From IMG/VR virus record IMGVR_UViG_3300032668_000013, positions 1 through 64,000 of that record: 64,000 nucleotides of DNA; one strand, 5' to 3'. The notes under the pieces were generated by a model that saw only the letters and a list, made by a program, of their open reading frames with translations, did no database searches and had not been told where the DNA came from. A program made the translations under genes and the position numbers. Below are positions 19,591 to 29,837 of the stretch, in pieces (position 1 is the first letter of the stretch; each line of letters begins with the position of its first letter). This DNA comes from a virus.

Positions 19591-21012
19591 ATGATAAGAG
19601 AAGAATTAAAAGATAAAATATTTGTCGGTGTTGTTGAAGAAAATAATGATCCCGATAGAATTGGTAGAGTTAAAGCTAGAGTAATAAAAGTTTATGATGG
19701 TGTAACTAAAGAAAATATACCTTGGGCAAGTCCTTTCAAAGATCTTAATGGTAATGAATATAATGTACCTGATATAGGTAAAATTGTTTCGGTTGTGTTT
19801 CAAGATGGAGATGATAAATTACCTGAGTATATTTATGCAGAACATTATAATATAAATTTAGAAAATAAATTAAAAGCCCTTAGTGCAGAAGATTACACTA
19901 GTTTTAAATCTATATTCTTAGATCATTCTACGCAAATTTATAGAAACAACAGTGAAGGTTTAAAAATAGACCATGAATATACTAATATTAATTTAGATCA
20001 ATATGGAAATATTGCTCTAAATCTAAGAGACCCTTCTTCAATTATAACATTAGGTTCTAATGATGCCGATGAGAATGCCCTTTTAGCTACAACTTGGATG
20101 AATTGGTTTGATACTTTTGTTGAAAATCTTCTAGGTTCTAATGGAGGTCCTTACTTAGGAAATCTAGGAGCACCTGTCACACCAAATCCAAGTTTTATAG
20201 ATTGTTTACAGCAATATCAAGATTTAAGAGAAAATTTCTTATCTAAACATGTAAAAATATCTAAAAACTCTAATATAGCTTCCCAAAAAAGACCTTATGT
20301 AAAACAATTTGGAGATAATTATACTACAAACGTAGGGGAAGTATTAACAACTACACAAGCAGCTCCATATACCCCAACTTCTGATTATACATCAACCACA
20401 GGTTCTGAAAATCCTGCAAATTTAATTACTAAAGATAATTTAGGTTCAGAATCTCCTTCTATAGTTTCATCTAAAAAAGTAGATATAGATCCTAAAACAG
20501 TATCTATTTTATGGAATTGTAATTTATTTAATCAAGGGGATCCTACCTGGGCTAATTATGGAGATGGTACATATACTATAAGGCAAGCAGGTTGTGCTTT
20601 ATCTACATTTGCGATGTATGCCTCTGCTTTCGGTAAAAATGCAAGTCCATTAGATTTTTTCAATGCTAATGGTAGAAAAATAATTGTATCTTGGAATCAA
20701 ATTCAAAGTAAATATGGTTTCCCATTACCAACACCTAATTATAATTGTAACCAAAATAAATTAGATTTTTTATTAGGAAATGCCCCTATACTTTGGGAAA
20801 GTAAAAATCATGGGGGGAATCCACAATATGTACATGGGCATCAGCATTGGATGTTAATAGTTGGAAAAAATTTAGATGGTACATATATAGTACATGATCC
20901 AAATGGGGGAAAACAAAGACTAAATGTTCCCGCTAATGATATACTAAATCAATGCGGAAGATTAAGTGGTTTAAATTCTAGATCTAATGCTTTATTTATT
21001 AAACATACATAA
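19591..21012 (+). CDS. gp5/VgrG-like OB-fold spike protein with C-terminal C39-like peptidase
   Basis: FVGVVEENNDPDRIGRVKARV...IPWA...VPDIG; C-terminal Q.DP.W...GCALS...HWMLIVG...VHDPN. Confidence 0.8.
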   Translation: MIREELKDKIFVGVVEENNDPDRIGRVKARVIKVYDGVTKENIPWASPFKDLNGNEYNVPDIGKIVSVVFQDGDDKLPEYIYAEHYNINLENKLKALSAEDYTSFKSIFLDHSTQIYRNNSEGLKIDHEYTNINLDQYGNIALNLRDPSSIITLGSNDADENALLATTWMNWFDTFVENLLGSNGGPYLGNLGAPVTPNPSFIDCLQQYQDLRENFLSKHVKISKNSNIASQKRPYVKQFGDNYTTNVGEVLTTTQAAPYTPTSDYTSTTGSENPANLITKDNLGSESPSIVSSKKVDIDPKTVSILWNCNLFNQGDPTWANYGDGTYTIRQAGCALSTFAMYASAFGKNASPLDFFNANGRKIIVSWNQIQSKYGFPLPTPNYNCNQNKLDFLLGNAPILWESKNHGGNPQYVHGHQHWMLIVGKNLDGTYIVHDPNGGKQRLNVPANDILNQCGRLSGLNSRSNALFIKHT

Positions 21013-21036
21013 AAAATCCCCTAAAGGGGATTTTTT
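21011..21036. terminator. Bidirectional intrinsic terminator
   Basis: aaaaaatcccc-taaa-ggggatttttt between convergent genes. Confidence 0.8.
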
Positions 21037-22762
21037 ATAAGTTAATTTTAACTATCTTATAAGGATATTTACGCTTTTTATAAAAACCTTCTCGCTCTAA
21101 AAAATGCTTATATAATATATTACTCATAGAGGAATCAAATATATCAACTAAATCAAATATATTAGCTACGGATTTTTCAGAATGTTTTCTTAAAGCCCTA
21201 CCTATTGCTTGTATAACTATTTGTTCAGATTTAAAAGAATCAGCAAATATAACATTGGTTATTGCATTAACAGACCATCCTACAGCTAATGTTCCATAAC
21301 TACCCACAAGAACTTTTACATTATCTTTTGTAACTTCCATTTGTTTTTTAATTTCTTCCCTACTCTTATTATTTATTTCTCCATCAATATAATAAAAATC
21401 TTTACCACTAATAGTTTTTATTTTATCTAAAATCTTATGACCATATTCTATAGTATGGAATAAGATTAACGTATTTGCTTCACACTTTTCTACTATTTTA
21501 TAAATAAAATTCAATCTCTTTTCTGAATTTTGTATCCATTGCTTTTCAAAATTAAAAACATCTTTACCAATACCTGATCTTTTTGCTATATTTAACGAAG
21601 TATTAAAATTTTTATCATCATGATTTAATAAAAGTACTTTAATACTCATCGGAGTTATATTACCTCTTTTAACTAATGTATCCGCATCAATCTGTGTTAC
21701 TTTTGGACCTAATACTGATTGAATAGTTAATATTTCCAATGTATCATCAGATGGGAATGTACCGGATACCCCAAATCTAATATGAGCAGCTCCAAATGTT
21801 TTTTTCAAAATTGCTTTAACGGTAGTTGATTTTGAACCATGAGCTTCATCACAAGCTACCATATAAAATTGTTGAAAGAAAGATTTAGGCCATTTTTCTA
21901 ATGATTGATAACAACCAATATAAATATTAGGACTTTCTACTCCTGAAAATTTTCTAGGTTTATCACTCATTATTTCTTCTATTCTTAAAGGTTTATCTAA
22001 TTTATTTTTGATAATTCTTTTAATAGAAACTCCATCTATTTTATGTTTATCTGTTAATTTGATTACATCAATTTCTCCTTTTTTATCAATAGTAATTTTA
22101 TCATTAGGATTTTTCATAATAACATCACCATTTTCTAATTCTATTTCATAAGTATAATCAAATGAATTTTGTATATTATTTTGTCCATAATAATATGAAA
22201 TAATATCATCATAAAATTGTGTTACTAATGTTATAGAAGGAACTATAATCAAAAATTTAGCATCAGGATTTACATTTTTAAGTATATAAAATATAACTAA
22301 AGCAATAACTAAAGATTTACCACCCGATGTAGCTACTTCCGCCATGCAATATCTATTTTTAAGAATCTTAAAAGCGGTATCTACTTGATAATCATGGGGT
22401 CTAAAATCTATCCATTGACCTTCTTTATTTCTTACTTGATGATTTTGAAAAAAATCATCACAAAAATCGACTAAATCATCTATATTTATATCTCTATCTA
22501 AAGGAAATTCTTCTTTATTTTCTATTTCAAATTTAACTCCTATTTCTTTACAAGCCTTTAAACATTCTTTCCATAGTCCCATATTAACCTTACCATCATC
22601 AAAATATGATTCTTTTCCATTCCATACTCCGGCTTTAAAAGCACCCATAAATCTATATCCTTTCACATATCTTTCTAGCCAAATTTTTATTTGATGATAT
22701 TCGGTTCTTGTTGAATCACTTACTATCAATTTTTCAGTGTTTTTATCATATCTAAACTTCAT
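21035..22762 (-). CDS. uvsW: UvsW-like superfamily 2 DNA helicase
   Basis: DYQ, ATSGGKS, IIVPSITLVTQ, DEAH, SGT and QAIGRALR motifs, with N-terminal W.GK as in T4-like UvsW. Confidence 0.88.
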   Translation of the reverse strand: MKFRYDKNTEKLIVSDSTRTEYHQIKIWLERYVKGYRFMGAFKAGVWNGKESYFDDGKVNMGLWKECLKACKEIGVKFEIENKEEFPLDRDINIDDLVDFCDDFFQNHQVRNKEGQWIDFRPHDYQVDTAFKILKNRYCMAEVATSGGKSLVIALVIFYILKNVNPDAKFLIIVPSITLVTQFYDDIISYYYGQNNIQNSFDYTYEIELENGDVIMKNPNDKITIDKKGEIDVIKLTDKHKIDGVSIKRIIKNKLDKPLRIEEIMSDKPRKFSGVESPNIYIGCYQSLEKWPKSFFQQFYMVACDEAHGSKSTTVKAILKKTFGAAHIRFGVSGTFPSDDTLEILTIQSVLGPKVTQIDADTLVKRGNITPMSIKVLLLNHDDKNFNTSLNIAKRSGIGKDVFNFEKQWIQNSEKRLNFIYKIVEKCEANTLILFHTIEYGHKILDKIKTISGKDFYYIDGEINNKSREEIKKQMEVTKDNVKVLVGSYGTLAVGWSVNAITNVIFADSFKSEQIVIQAIGRALRKHSEKSVANIFDLVDIFDSSMSNILYKHFLEREGFYKKRKYPYKIVKINL

Positions 22763-22828
22763 TAAAGTATTTATTTTTCCATTATATATTATTATAATTA
22801 AATGTTTAGAATTTAATATATATAAAAT

Positions 22829-23713
22829 ATGAACTTATTTAATATAAACATAAAACCTGTTGAATACATTTTATACCAAAAAATCAATGAAGATGCCGAA
22901 TATATACCTCGTTTTCAATTGAAAAACAATAATGGTATAGAAGGGATTGAAGTTAATAAACCTATTAAACCAACTCAAGAATTAATAGAAAAAGCCATAA
23001 AGTATGGTATGATATTCTTAGTAACTTATAAAGGAAAAAATGACTTTGCTCCAAAAGGACATGAACGTGTTATTTATCCAATGGTTATAGGAAAATCAAG
23101 TGTAGGTAATATATTAATAAGAGGCTATCACTTAAAAGGTTGGTCTATATCTAACAATAGACATGTTGAAAAAATATGGAGAATGTTTAGATTAGACAGA
23201 GTTCTTTCAATTACATTCACAGGTTCGTTTTATAGACTTCCTCCAAGTGGATATAATATGAATGATAGAGGAATGAAGGGTGGTATAATTGCTAAAGCAG
23301 ATTTTAATGAAATCAGAAGAAATCAACAAAGTTTGGTTAAATCAGAAGAAATACAAAATAAAGAAAAGATTGTATTAGATGATCAAAAAAATGCTTTTGT
23401 ATCAGTAAAAGTTAAATCAACAGGAACTAAATTAAATATGGATGAACCATTAGAATGTCCTTATTTAAATAATGTTAAGGATATAGCAAATGTTAGAATA
23501 TCTTTCTTAAAAAGTGTTTATGGTAATACTTATTTTGTTATATTAGGAGCTATGGGAAGACCTGGAAATACCGCAAAACTAATTGATGAAAAAGGTAAAA
23601 ACTTAGGTGTTTTTAAAGTTTTAACATCAATCTCAGGGGATGATCTAAGAAAAATAAAAGGGGTTAAAGGTAATAAAATGTTTGATGTTTATATTTTTGA
23701 TAAGAAGATATAA
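22829..23713 (+). CDS. WYL-like domain protein
   Basis: Y.G......ERVIYP..IG......LIRGY....WRMFRLDRV. Confidence 0.55.
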   Translation: MNLFNINIKPVEYILYQKINEDAEYIPRFQLKNNNGIEGIEVNKPIKPTQELIEKAIKYGMIFLVTYKGKNDFAPKGHERVIYPMVIGKSSVGNILIRGYHLKGWSISNNRHVEKIWRMFRLDRVLSITFTGSFYRLPPSGYNMNDRGMKGGIIAKADFNEIRRNQQSLVKSEEIQNKEKIVLDDQKNAFVSVKVKSTGTKLNMDEPLECPYLNNVKDIANVRISFLKSVYGNTYFVILGAMGRPGNTAKLIDEKGKNLGVFKVLTSISGDDLRKIKGVKGNKMFDVYIFDKKI

Positions 23714-23773
23714 ATTGATAAGTAAAAAATTTGAATTCATGCAAGATCATGATATATATAATATACTATAATT

Positions 23774-24337
23774 ATGAGATATTTAAGACTTTTTGAAGAC
23801 TTTCAATCAAATAAATTTTTTAATGTATAATCTAACTTAGATTATAAAGAATATTTAGACGCAGTTACTTTATGTGCAGAAGAATTACACAAATCTTTAC
23901 CACAAGTCCCATATAACTATATTTATAAAGACATTAGAGATAAAGGAAATCCTAAATTATCATTAATAGCTTTAGATGATACCAATTATCCATTAGGTTC
24001 TGCTATATGTTATGAAAGTGAAATAACAAAAGATATTGAAAAATTTAAACAAAATGATCCTAGTTTTAGAACCGAATATTACCAAGATATAAATCAATTT
24101 GATAATTTAAAAGGAATTGAATTAGAAGCTATATCTGTTAAACCAGAATTTAGAAATAATAAAATAGCATCTAAATTATTAGATGCTATTAATAATAGTT
24201 ATGATTATATATTTTTAAAACAAGATAGAAATTTAAAAGAAAATATAGATTATACTAAAAAAGGTTATGACCTTATATACACAATGTTTTTGCGTAATGA
24301 AAAAAGTTTATGTGATGTATATGCAAAAAAATTATAA
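23774..24337 (+). pseudogene. GNAT acetyltransferase-like gene with an in-frame TAA at codon 19 (absent from the ORF track)
   Basis: MRYLRLFEDFQSNKFFNV*SNLDY...LEAISVKPEFRNNKIASKLL...YTKKGY...KKL*; TAA at 23828-23830. Confidence 0.7.
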
Positions 24338-25168
24338 TTCATCTATAATAATACCATGAGTATCATACCACCATTCTTTAGGCATATCTTTATGCTTATC
24401 TTTTAAGCGATTATATCTTTCTACTATTTTAGTTTGTCTTTTAATTTCAGCATCATAAAACTCATGGTCTATATGAATGTTTAATTTGAAAGCTTCCCTA
24501 AGAAGCTTTCGTAATACATATCCACCTTTTGTATTTGATGGAATAAATCCACTATCAATAATTTTTAATATAGATTCTCTTAAAGTAGTTTCTTTATCAA
24601 TTATTTTATTATTTACGAATATCTCAATCCTCTCTAAACCGAAACCTGCGTCTATTGATGTTCCTAAAGGATTAACTATATTCCCTATTTCTACATCATT
24701 AATAAAAAACTCAGTACAATAACCGCCTATTTCACCATCTGACCAAATACAATCTTCACTAATTCTAGTTTGTAGATTCCATTTAGAATAAAAATTTTTC
24801 CATTCATCATATTTATCTTCATGAATTGTGATATAATCAATTTTTAAGTTTAAATGATTTATCAAAAAATCACACCAAAAATCAATAGCTTCTTGAATAG
24901 ACATTTGACGAAAACTAAATAACCCAATCATATTAAAATATAATAAATGGGAACTATCTCCAATTTCTTCAAAATCATTCATTCTAATACAACTTTGTAT
25001 ATTAGATTCGGTTCCTGTATAATCTAAATCTTTAAATTTATCTTTAAATTTTTGCATTCCAGCAGGACAAAAAATAGTGGTATCATCATATGAATTAACT
25101 TTATCAATCAATTCAAAATTAATTCCTTTTGATAGGCAATATTCTTTATATTTTTCTTTTACATTCAT
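24332..25168 (-). CDS. alaS: Truncated alanyl-tRNA synthetase (aminoacylation-domain homologue only)
   Basis: D.T..F..AGMQ.FK, QSCIRMND...IGD..H...F.M.G.FSF, EIGNIV, IDAGFGLER, PSN..GGYVLRKLLR; only 278 aa. Confidence 0.8.
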   Translation of the reverse strand: MNVKEKYKEYCLSKGINFELIDKVNSYDDTTIFCPAGMQKFKDKFKDLDYTGTESNIQSCIRMNDFEEIGDSSHLLYFNMIGLFSFRQMSIQEAIDFWCDFLINHLNLKIDYITIHEDKYDEWKNFYSKWNLQTRISEDCIWSDGEIGGYCTEFFINDVEIGNIVNPLGTSIDAGFGLERIEIFVNNKIIDKETTLRESILKIIDSGFIPSNTKGGYVLRKLLREAFKLNIHIDHEFYDAEIKRQTKIVERYNRLKDKHKDMPKEWWYDTHGIIIDEL

Positions 25169-25183
25169 ATTTTTATATTTTTA

Positions 25184-25214
25184 CAAATATAAATAAAAAA
25201 ATTGTAATAACAAA
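25184..25214 (-). promoter_or_regulatory. Bacteroidota-type housekeeping promoter (TTTG-N19-TATATTTG)
   Basis: Minus strand TTTG-19 nt-TATATTTG, 15 nt upstream of the alaS-like start. Confidence 0.6.
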
Positions 25215-25238
25215 ATTTAAATATAAATATATAATGTT

Positions 25239-25724
25239 ATGAATTTATATACTCAAGAAGAATTAGATAGAATTAAAAAATGCTCTGAGAAGAACCAAGC
25301 AATGGAAGACTTCTTTCAAACAAGAATGAATGAATGGAACGGAAAAATTAATCCTTTATTTGACGTTCTTAAAGAAAAATTAACAAGTCCTGATTGCATT
25401 ATGGAAAATCAAGCACTAGCTCTTTCATATAAACAAATAATTATGGAACAAATATCTCTTTTCTTATCTAAGAGGTCAAAAGAAGATACTCACCTTAAAA
25501 GATTAAAACAAGATAAGTTTGTATTATATGCTGTTGCTTCTCCATTAAAGACTAATACAGGTGAAAAAATAATGTTAATTGAAGGTCATATAGCAGAAAA
25601 TCAAAGAACATTAGAACTAATTGAGAATCATATAGAGTTTCTTAGGTCTTGTTCAAAGAATTTAGATTCTTTTAGTTATGCAATCAAAAATATTATTGAT
25701 TTAATGAATTATTTAGGTCGTTAA
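25239..25724 (+). CDS. UvsY-like recombination mediator
   Basis: Helical protein ending IEFL....KNLDSFSYAIKNII, like the UvsY C-terminus; uvsW and uvsX are present in the window. Confidence 0.55.
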   Translation: MNLYTQEELDRIKKCSEKNQAMEDFFQTRMNEWNGKINPLFDVLKEKLTSPDCIMENQALALSYKQIIMEQISLFLSKRSKEDTHLKRLKQDKFVLYAVASPLKTNTGEKIMLIEGHIAENQRTLELIENHIEFLRSCSKNLDSFSYAIKNIIDLMNYLGR

Positions 25725-26677
25725 TTCGTAATCTTTTTTAGTATTTTTTCCATAGGATCTTCCCATTCAAACTTATACTTAGGTTTATTATGAATAAAAC
25801 TATCTAATTCTGATAAATCATATTTAACCATAACTCCTAACTCTTTCAGAGATTCTGCATTACATAATTGTTCATATTGTCCTAATATAGGAATACACAT
25901 TAATTTCTTTTTCATAAACATTGCTTCTGAAGGAGTTTCAAATCCCGCAGAAGTTATGATTCCTCTACAATTTATAAAAGATTTTGTAAAATCTTTTATT
26001 GAATTTGGTTTGATAATACAATTTTTGTATATCTTAGTTGTATTAATTTCTTTTGAAAAAATCTCAAAAACTGCATTATGTTTAGATAAAATAGGCAATA
26101 ACATATTTAATGAATAAGATGGTAAATAAACTGTATATACACCACCTTTTACTGGTTTAGAATACATAATCTCATCCCTTATGATAGGATATAAGATATT
26201 ATTATCATATTTTTTAAAATGAAGTCCTATTTCATTACTTACTGGAGCCATATTTTTAAGAATAAACTCACCAAAATAACTTTTATTTTTTGGACGTGGA
26301 GATTTATCAGATGTAAATGAATATTGATGAGATATTCCTAAACAATCTATATTTTGTTTTTTACAAGCCCATGCTGTAATTGGTTCAAAATCAGTAATAA
26401 TTTTATCATATTTAGATATGTCTAATTTTATATCTTTTAAGAATTGAAAAGGTTTTAAATCTTTAAATGTTTTTATATAATCAATAGAGCCATATTGATT
26501 ATATTTAAGTGAAAATCCATGAAATTTATATTTGAAAGGTATGTTTAATGAGTGATTATTACCTGAGATAAGAATATCTATATCTTTATAACCTAATTTG
26601 TTTAGGTTTGAGATAATATTTAATGATTTAGTGATGTGTCCATTTCCTGTTCCATTTATACCATATAGAATTTTCAT
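25721..26677 (-). CDS. GT-B glycosyltransferase (MJ1255/VC2487-like)
   Basis: MKILYG..GTGNGH, ITDFEP..AW, ISHQ, AGFETPSEA, GQYEQ.CNA. Confidence 0.85.
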   Translation of the reverse strand: MKILYGINGTGNGHITKSLNIISNLNKLGYKDIDILISGNNHSLNIPFKYKFHGFSLKYNQYGSIDYIKTFKDLKPFQFLKDIKLDISKYDKIITDFEPITAWACKKQNIDCLGISHQYSFTSDKSPRPKNKSYFGEFILKNMAPVSNEIGLHFKKYDNNILYPIIRDEIMYSKPVKGGVYTVYLPSYSLNMLLPILSKHNAVFEIFSKEINTTKIYKNCIIKPNSIKDFTKSFINCRGIITSAGFETPSEAMFMKKKLMCIPILGQYEQLCNAESLKELGVMVKYDLSELDSFIHNKPKYKFEWEDPMEKILKKITN

Positions 26678-26691
26678 GATGTTTATTATTT

Positions 26692-26931
26692 TTAAGTATT
26701 TAAAATATTATCTAATAAATTGTTTCTAAGTTCTGAAAGTCTAATAAAATGATTAAATAATACATTTGATGAAATCATCATAGAGTTTAAATAATTTTTT
26801 TTATTAGAGTAAATATAAAATAATTCTGTATATAATGGATGTTGTATAACTTCAATAATATCATTTACTTCTAAAAGTTTAGAAATTATACTTGAATAAG
26901 GAGTATTTTTGTAGTAAACCCATTTCTCCAT
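26692..26931 (-). CDS. Hypothetical protein with C-terminal R-x-x-x-L-x-x-IL motif
   Basis: Ends LRNNLLDNILNT. Confidence 0.45.
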   Translation of the reverse strand: MEKWVYYKNTPYSSIISKLLEVNDIIEVIQHPLYTELFYIYSNKKNYLNSMMISSNVLFNHFIRLSELRNNLLDNILNT

Positions 26932-27045
26932 AAATTATTTACTATTTTATTTATATATTAAATAAAATAAATTATTAAAATGTTAAATATTATTATAATA
27001 CAGGAGATAGATATATTTTATATATAATAAAAAGTATTATAAGTT

Positions 27046-27933
27046 ATGAGTTTAAAAGAAAAAGTAGAGTTTTATTTAAAAAATAGTAAAAATAAAAAAT
27101 TATATGCATCAATTACAAAAGAACCATTTTGGATAGAATTAAAAAATGAAATTAATAAATTAAAACTCAATGAAGAATGGAGTAAAAATAGAAAAATATG
27201 GCATTTTTTAAATGAAACTACAGAAATACCAAAATGTAGTATTTGTAATAGTAATGAAGGTAAATGGCAATATTATAAAAATAATTACGGATGTTGTTCT
27301 TTATCTTGTGCCGGAAAACAAAGTATGAAAACAATTTCAAAATCAATAGGAGTTGAAAATCAATTTCAATTAGAATCTGTAAAAAATAAAAGTAAAAAAA
27401 CACTAATAGAAAAATATGGAGTTGATAATATCAGTAAGTTAGAAACTATCAAAGAACAAAAAAGAAATACTATGTTAAAAAATTATGGAAGAACTAATAA
27501 TTTTGGTAATAATTACGAAGTAATGTCTAGTAATTTAATGAGAATATATGGTGTAGAGTACTCAGCCCATATTCCAAATGTTGCTGAAAAAACACAAAGT
27601 AATAGATATAAGAAAAAACATTTATTAATAACCCCAAGTGGAAAAGAAATATATTTACAAGGTTTTGAAGTTAAAGGATTTAATTTATTAATAAACGAAG
27701 GGTTTGATGAAAATGAAATTTTATATAAAAAATCCGATATGCCTAAAATAATGTATTATTTTGATGGTATCTTACGAAGATACTATCCTGATTTTTTTAT
27801 TAAAAATAAAAAAATCATAATTGAAATAAAAAGTAAATATACTTATGAAGTAGAAAAAGATAAAAATGACGCAAAATTTCTAGCAACAAAAGTACTTGGT
27901 TATGAACATCGTTTATTAATTTTAAGTAAATAA
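27046..27933 (+). CDS. Homing endonuclease-like protein (KYGV repeats plus PD-(D/E)XK domain)
   Basis: PKC..C, T..EKYGV repeats, YYPDFFI.....IEIKS. Confidence 0.7.
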   Translation: MSLKEKVEFYLKNSKNKKLYASITKEPFWIELKNEINKLKLNEEWSKNRKIWHFLNETTEIPKCSICNSNEGKWQYYKNNYGCCSLSCAGKQSMKTISKSIGVENQFQLESVKNKSKKTLIEKYGVDNISKLETIKEQKRNTMLKNYGRTNNFGNNYEVMSSNLMRIYGVEYSAHIPNVAEKTQSNRYKKKHLLITPSGKEIYLQGFEVKGFNLLINEGFDENEILYKKSDMPKIMYYFDGILRRYYPDFFIKNKKIIIEIKSKYTYEVEKDKNDAKFLATKVLGYEHRLLILSK

Positions 27934-27937
27934 TAAT

Positions 27938-28684
27938 TTATTTACAATAAATTAATTCTAAATTTCCTTCCAAATCTTCTATAATATAAGAACACGTCTC
28001 TACCCAGTCACCGCAGTTATAATATTTTCCTTTATCTAAAGAAGGACTATGTATATGTCCCATCATTAATGAATCACATTTTTCATTTTTAAGCTTTTCC
28101 TGAGAAATTTTTTTGTACTCGGATAAGAAGCTTAAAATACTTTTTACATGAATTTTTAAGTATGCTGATAAACTCCAATACTCTAATCCAAAAATTTTTC
28201 GGAGAAAATTATAAATTTTATTTATTTTTATAGAAAACTCATAAGCAGTATCACCCAACCAATATAAAAAAGGATGAACCCTTATGAACCCATCAAAACA
28301 ATCACCATGTGTAATGTATATTTTTTCATTACTAATTGTTTTATAAATATAATCATCACATATAATTATATTTCCTAGTTTAATTGATTTAGATTCTTCT
28401 AATGTTGAATTTTCAATTAAAGTTCTTAAATAATGGTCATGATTTCCTAAGATATAAACAACATTAATACCTTTTCTATCATAACGAAGAACTTTTTGTA
28501 TTACAGTTGAATGATGTTGATTCCAATAATACTTTCTTTTTAAGAAAGTTAAATCTATAAAATCACCTATTATAAATAAATTTTCAAATTCATATTTTTT
28601 AAATACTTCTAATAATTTCTCAGGCTGAGAATTAGGATTTCCTAAATGTATATCACTAATAAAAAGAGATTTAATCTTTATCAT
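27938..28684 (-). CDS. LpxH-like calcineurin-type metallophosphoesterase
   Basis: Likely start MIKIKSLFISDIHLG; GDFID, GNHD, HGD, GHIH, N.GDWVE. Confidence 0.85.
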   Translation of the reverse strand: MIKIKSLFISDIHLGNPNSQPEKLLEVFKKYEFENLFIIGDFIDLTFLKRKYYWNQHHSTVIQKVLRYDRKGINVVYILGNHDHYLRTLIENSTLEESKSIKLGNIIICDDYIYKTISNEKIYITHGDCFDGFIRVHPFLYWLGDTAYEFSIKINKIYNFLRKIFGLEYWSLSAYLKIHVKSILSFLSEYKKISQEKLKNEKCDSLMMGHIHSPSLDKGKYYNCGDWVETCSYIIEDLEGNLELIYCK

Positions 28685-28745
28685 GACATTATATATTAAT
28701 TTATAAAACAAATATAATATTTTTTTATATAATAAAAAAATAAAA

Positions 28746-29039
28746 ATGAAGTTTGAAATAATAGGAAACCTTTCTAAATTAGAAATATTAATGGGGTTAA
28801 AATATTCTTTAATTAATCCAAAAATTAATACAGAAATAGTTAGCATGTCAAAACTATTAAATAGTGAAACTATTTATATAGAGTATAAAGCACCTAAAAC
28901 TAGAAGAATAGGCAAACTAATCCCCCAATCATTTATTAGAGAATTTAAAATACAGGTTATATTAGATAATATAACTGATATAGACAACGAAATTAAAATA
29001 ACAACCGAATTACTAAAGAAAAAACTTAATAATTATTAA
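28746..29039 (+). CDS. Hypothetical protein
   Basis: 97-aa ORF with internal IREFKIQVIL motif. Confidence 0.45.
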   Translation: MKFEIIGNLSKLEILMGLKYSLINPKINTEIVSMSKLLNSETIYIEYKAPKTRRIGKLIPQSFIREFKIQVILDNITDIDNEIKITTELLKKKLNNY

Positions 29040-29051
29040 AATTATAATAAT

Positions 29052-29837
29052 ATGGCTAAAATATCACTAAAAATAAAAAAAGACAATTTTACAGATTTTA
29101 TACAAAAACTTAACGAACTATCAAATATTGATGATGTTCTAAAATTAAAAATAACATCAGAAAAAATATTTATGTATTCTGTAGTATCAACTACGAATGA
29201 TAATACAGGCTCAATTTTAGCTATGAAGTATTTTAACTTAGATACATCAGAATATATTGATGGAGTTGATGATAAAGAATATCATTTCATTTTAGTATCT
29301 ACTAATAAATTTATTAAGAACTTAAAAATAATGAATTTAGAATATGATGTTAAAATGGATTTAAATTTTAGAGAAATTGAAAATGAAGTTTGTCAAGTCA
29401 GATCTTGTCAATTTATAAATAATAAGTTGAAATTATCATATGTAGGTGGAGAAGATTCTAAAATTAAAGATATTTCTTATGAAGCTATTGAAAGTAGATT
29501 TAATCCAACTAAAGCAAAATCTAGATTTAATGTATCTATAGAAGATTTGATTTCAATTAAGAAATTAAGTTCTATAAATTCGGAAGAAAAAATATTTAAT
29601 ATTAATATTAAAGATGGAATTGTTACTTTATATGAAACAGGTAAATGGGAAATTGAAGTAGATAATGTTAATTCTAAAAATAGTCAGTTATTCTTTACTA
29701 AGAAATACCTAAGTAATATAAATATGGAAACTGATGGAGTAGAATTTTTATTATTTGAAACTTTTATTGTAATAAAAGATGATATATCTTCTTTATTATG
29801 TGCGTTTGAACAAACTTTCGATGACGATGATAAATAA
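29052..29837 (+). CDS. Putative sliding clamp (gp45/PCNA-like)
   Basis: 261 aa with a two-fold repeat of strand-helix-strands pattern and acidic tail; no diagnostic motif. Confidence 0.4.
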   Translation: MAKISLKIKKDNFTDFIQKLNELSNIDDVLKLKITSEKIFMYSVVSTTNDNTGSILAMKYFNLDTSEYIDGVDDKEYHFILVSTNKFIKNLKIMNLEYDVKMDLNFREIENEVCQVRSCQFINNKLKLSYVGGEDSKIKDISYEAIESRFNPTKAKSRFNVSIEDLISIKKLSSINSEEKIFNINIKDGIVTLYETGKWEIEVDNVNSKNSQLFFTKKYLSNINMETDGVEFLLFETFIVIKDDISSLLCAFEQTFDDDDK

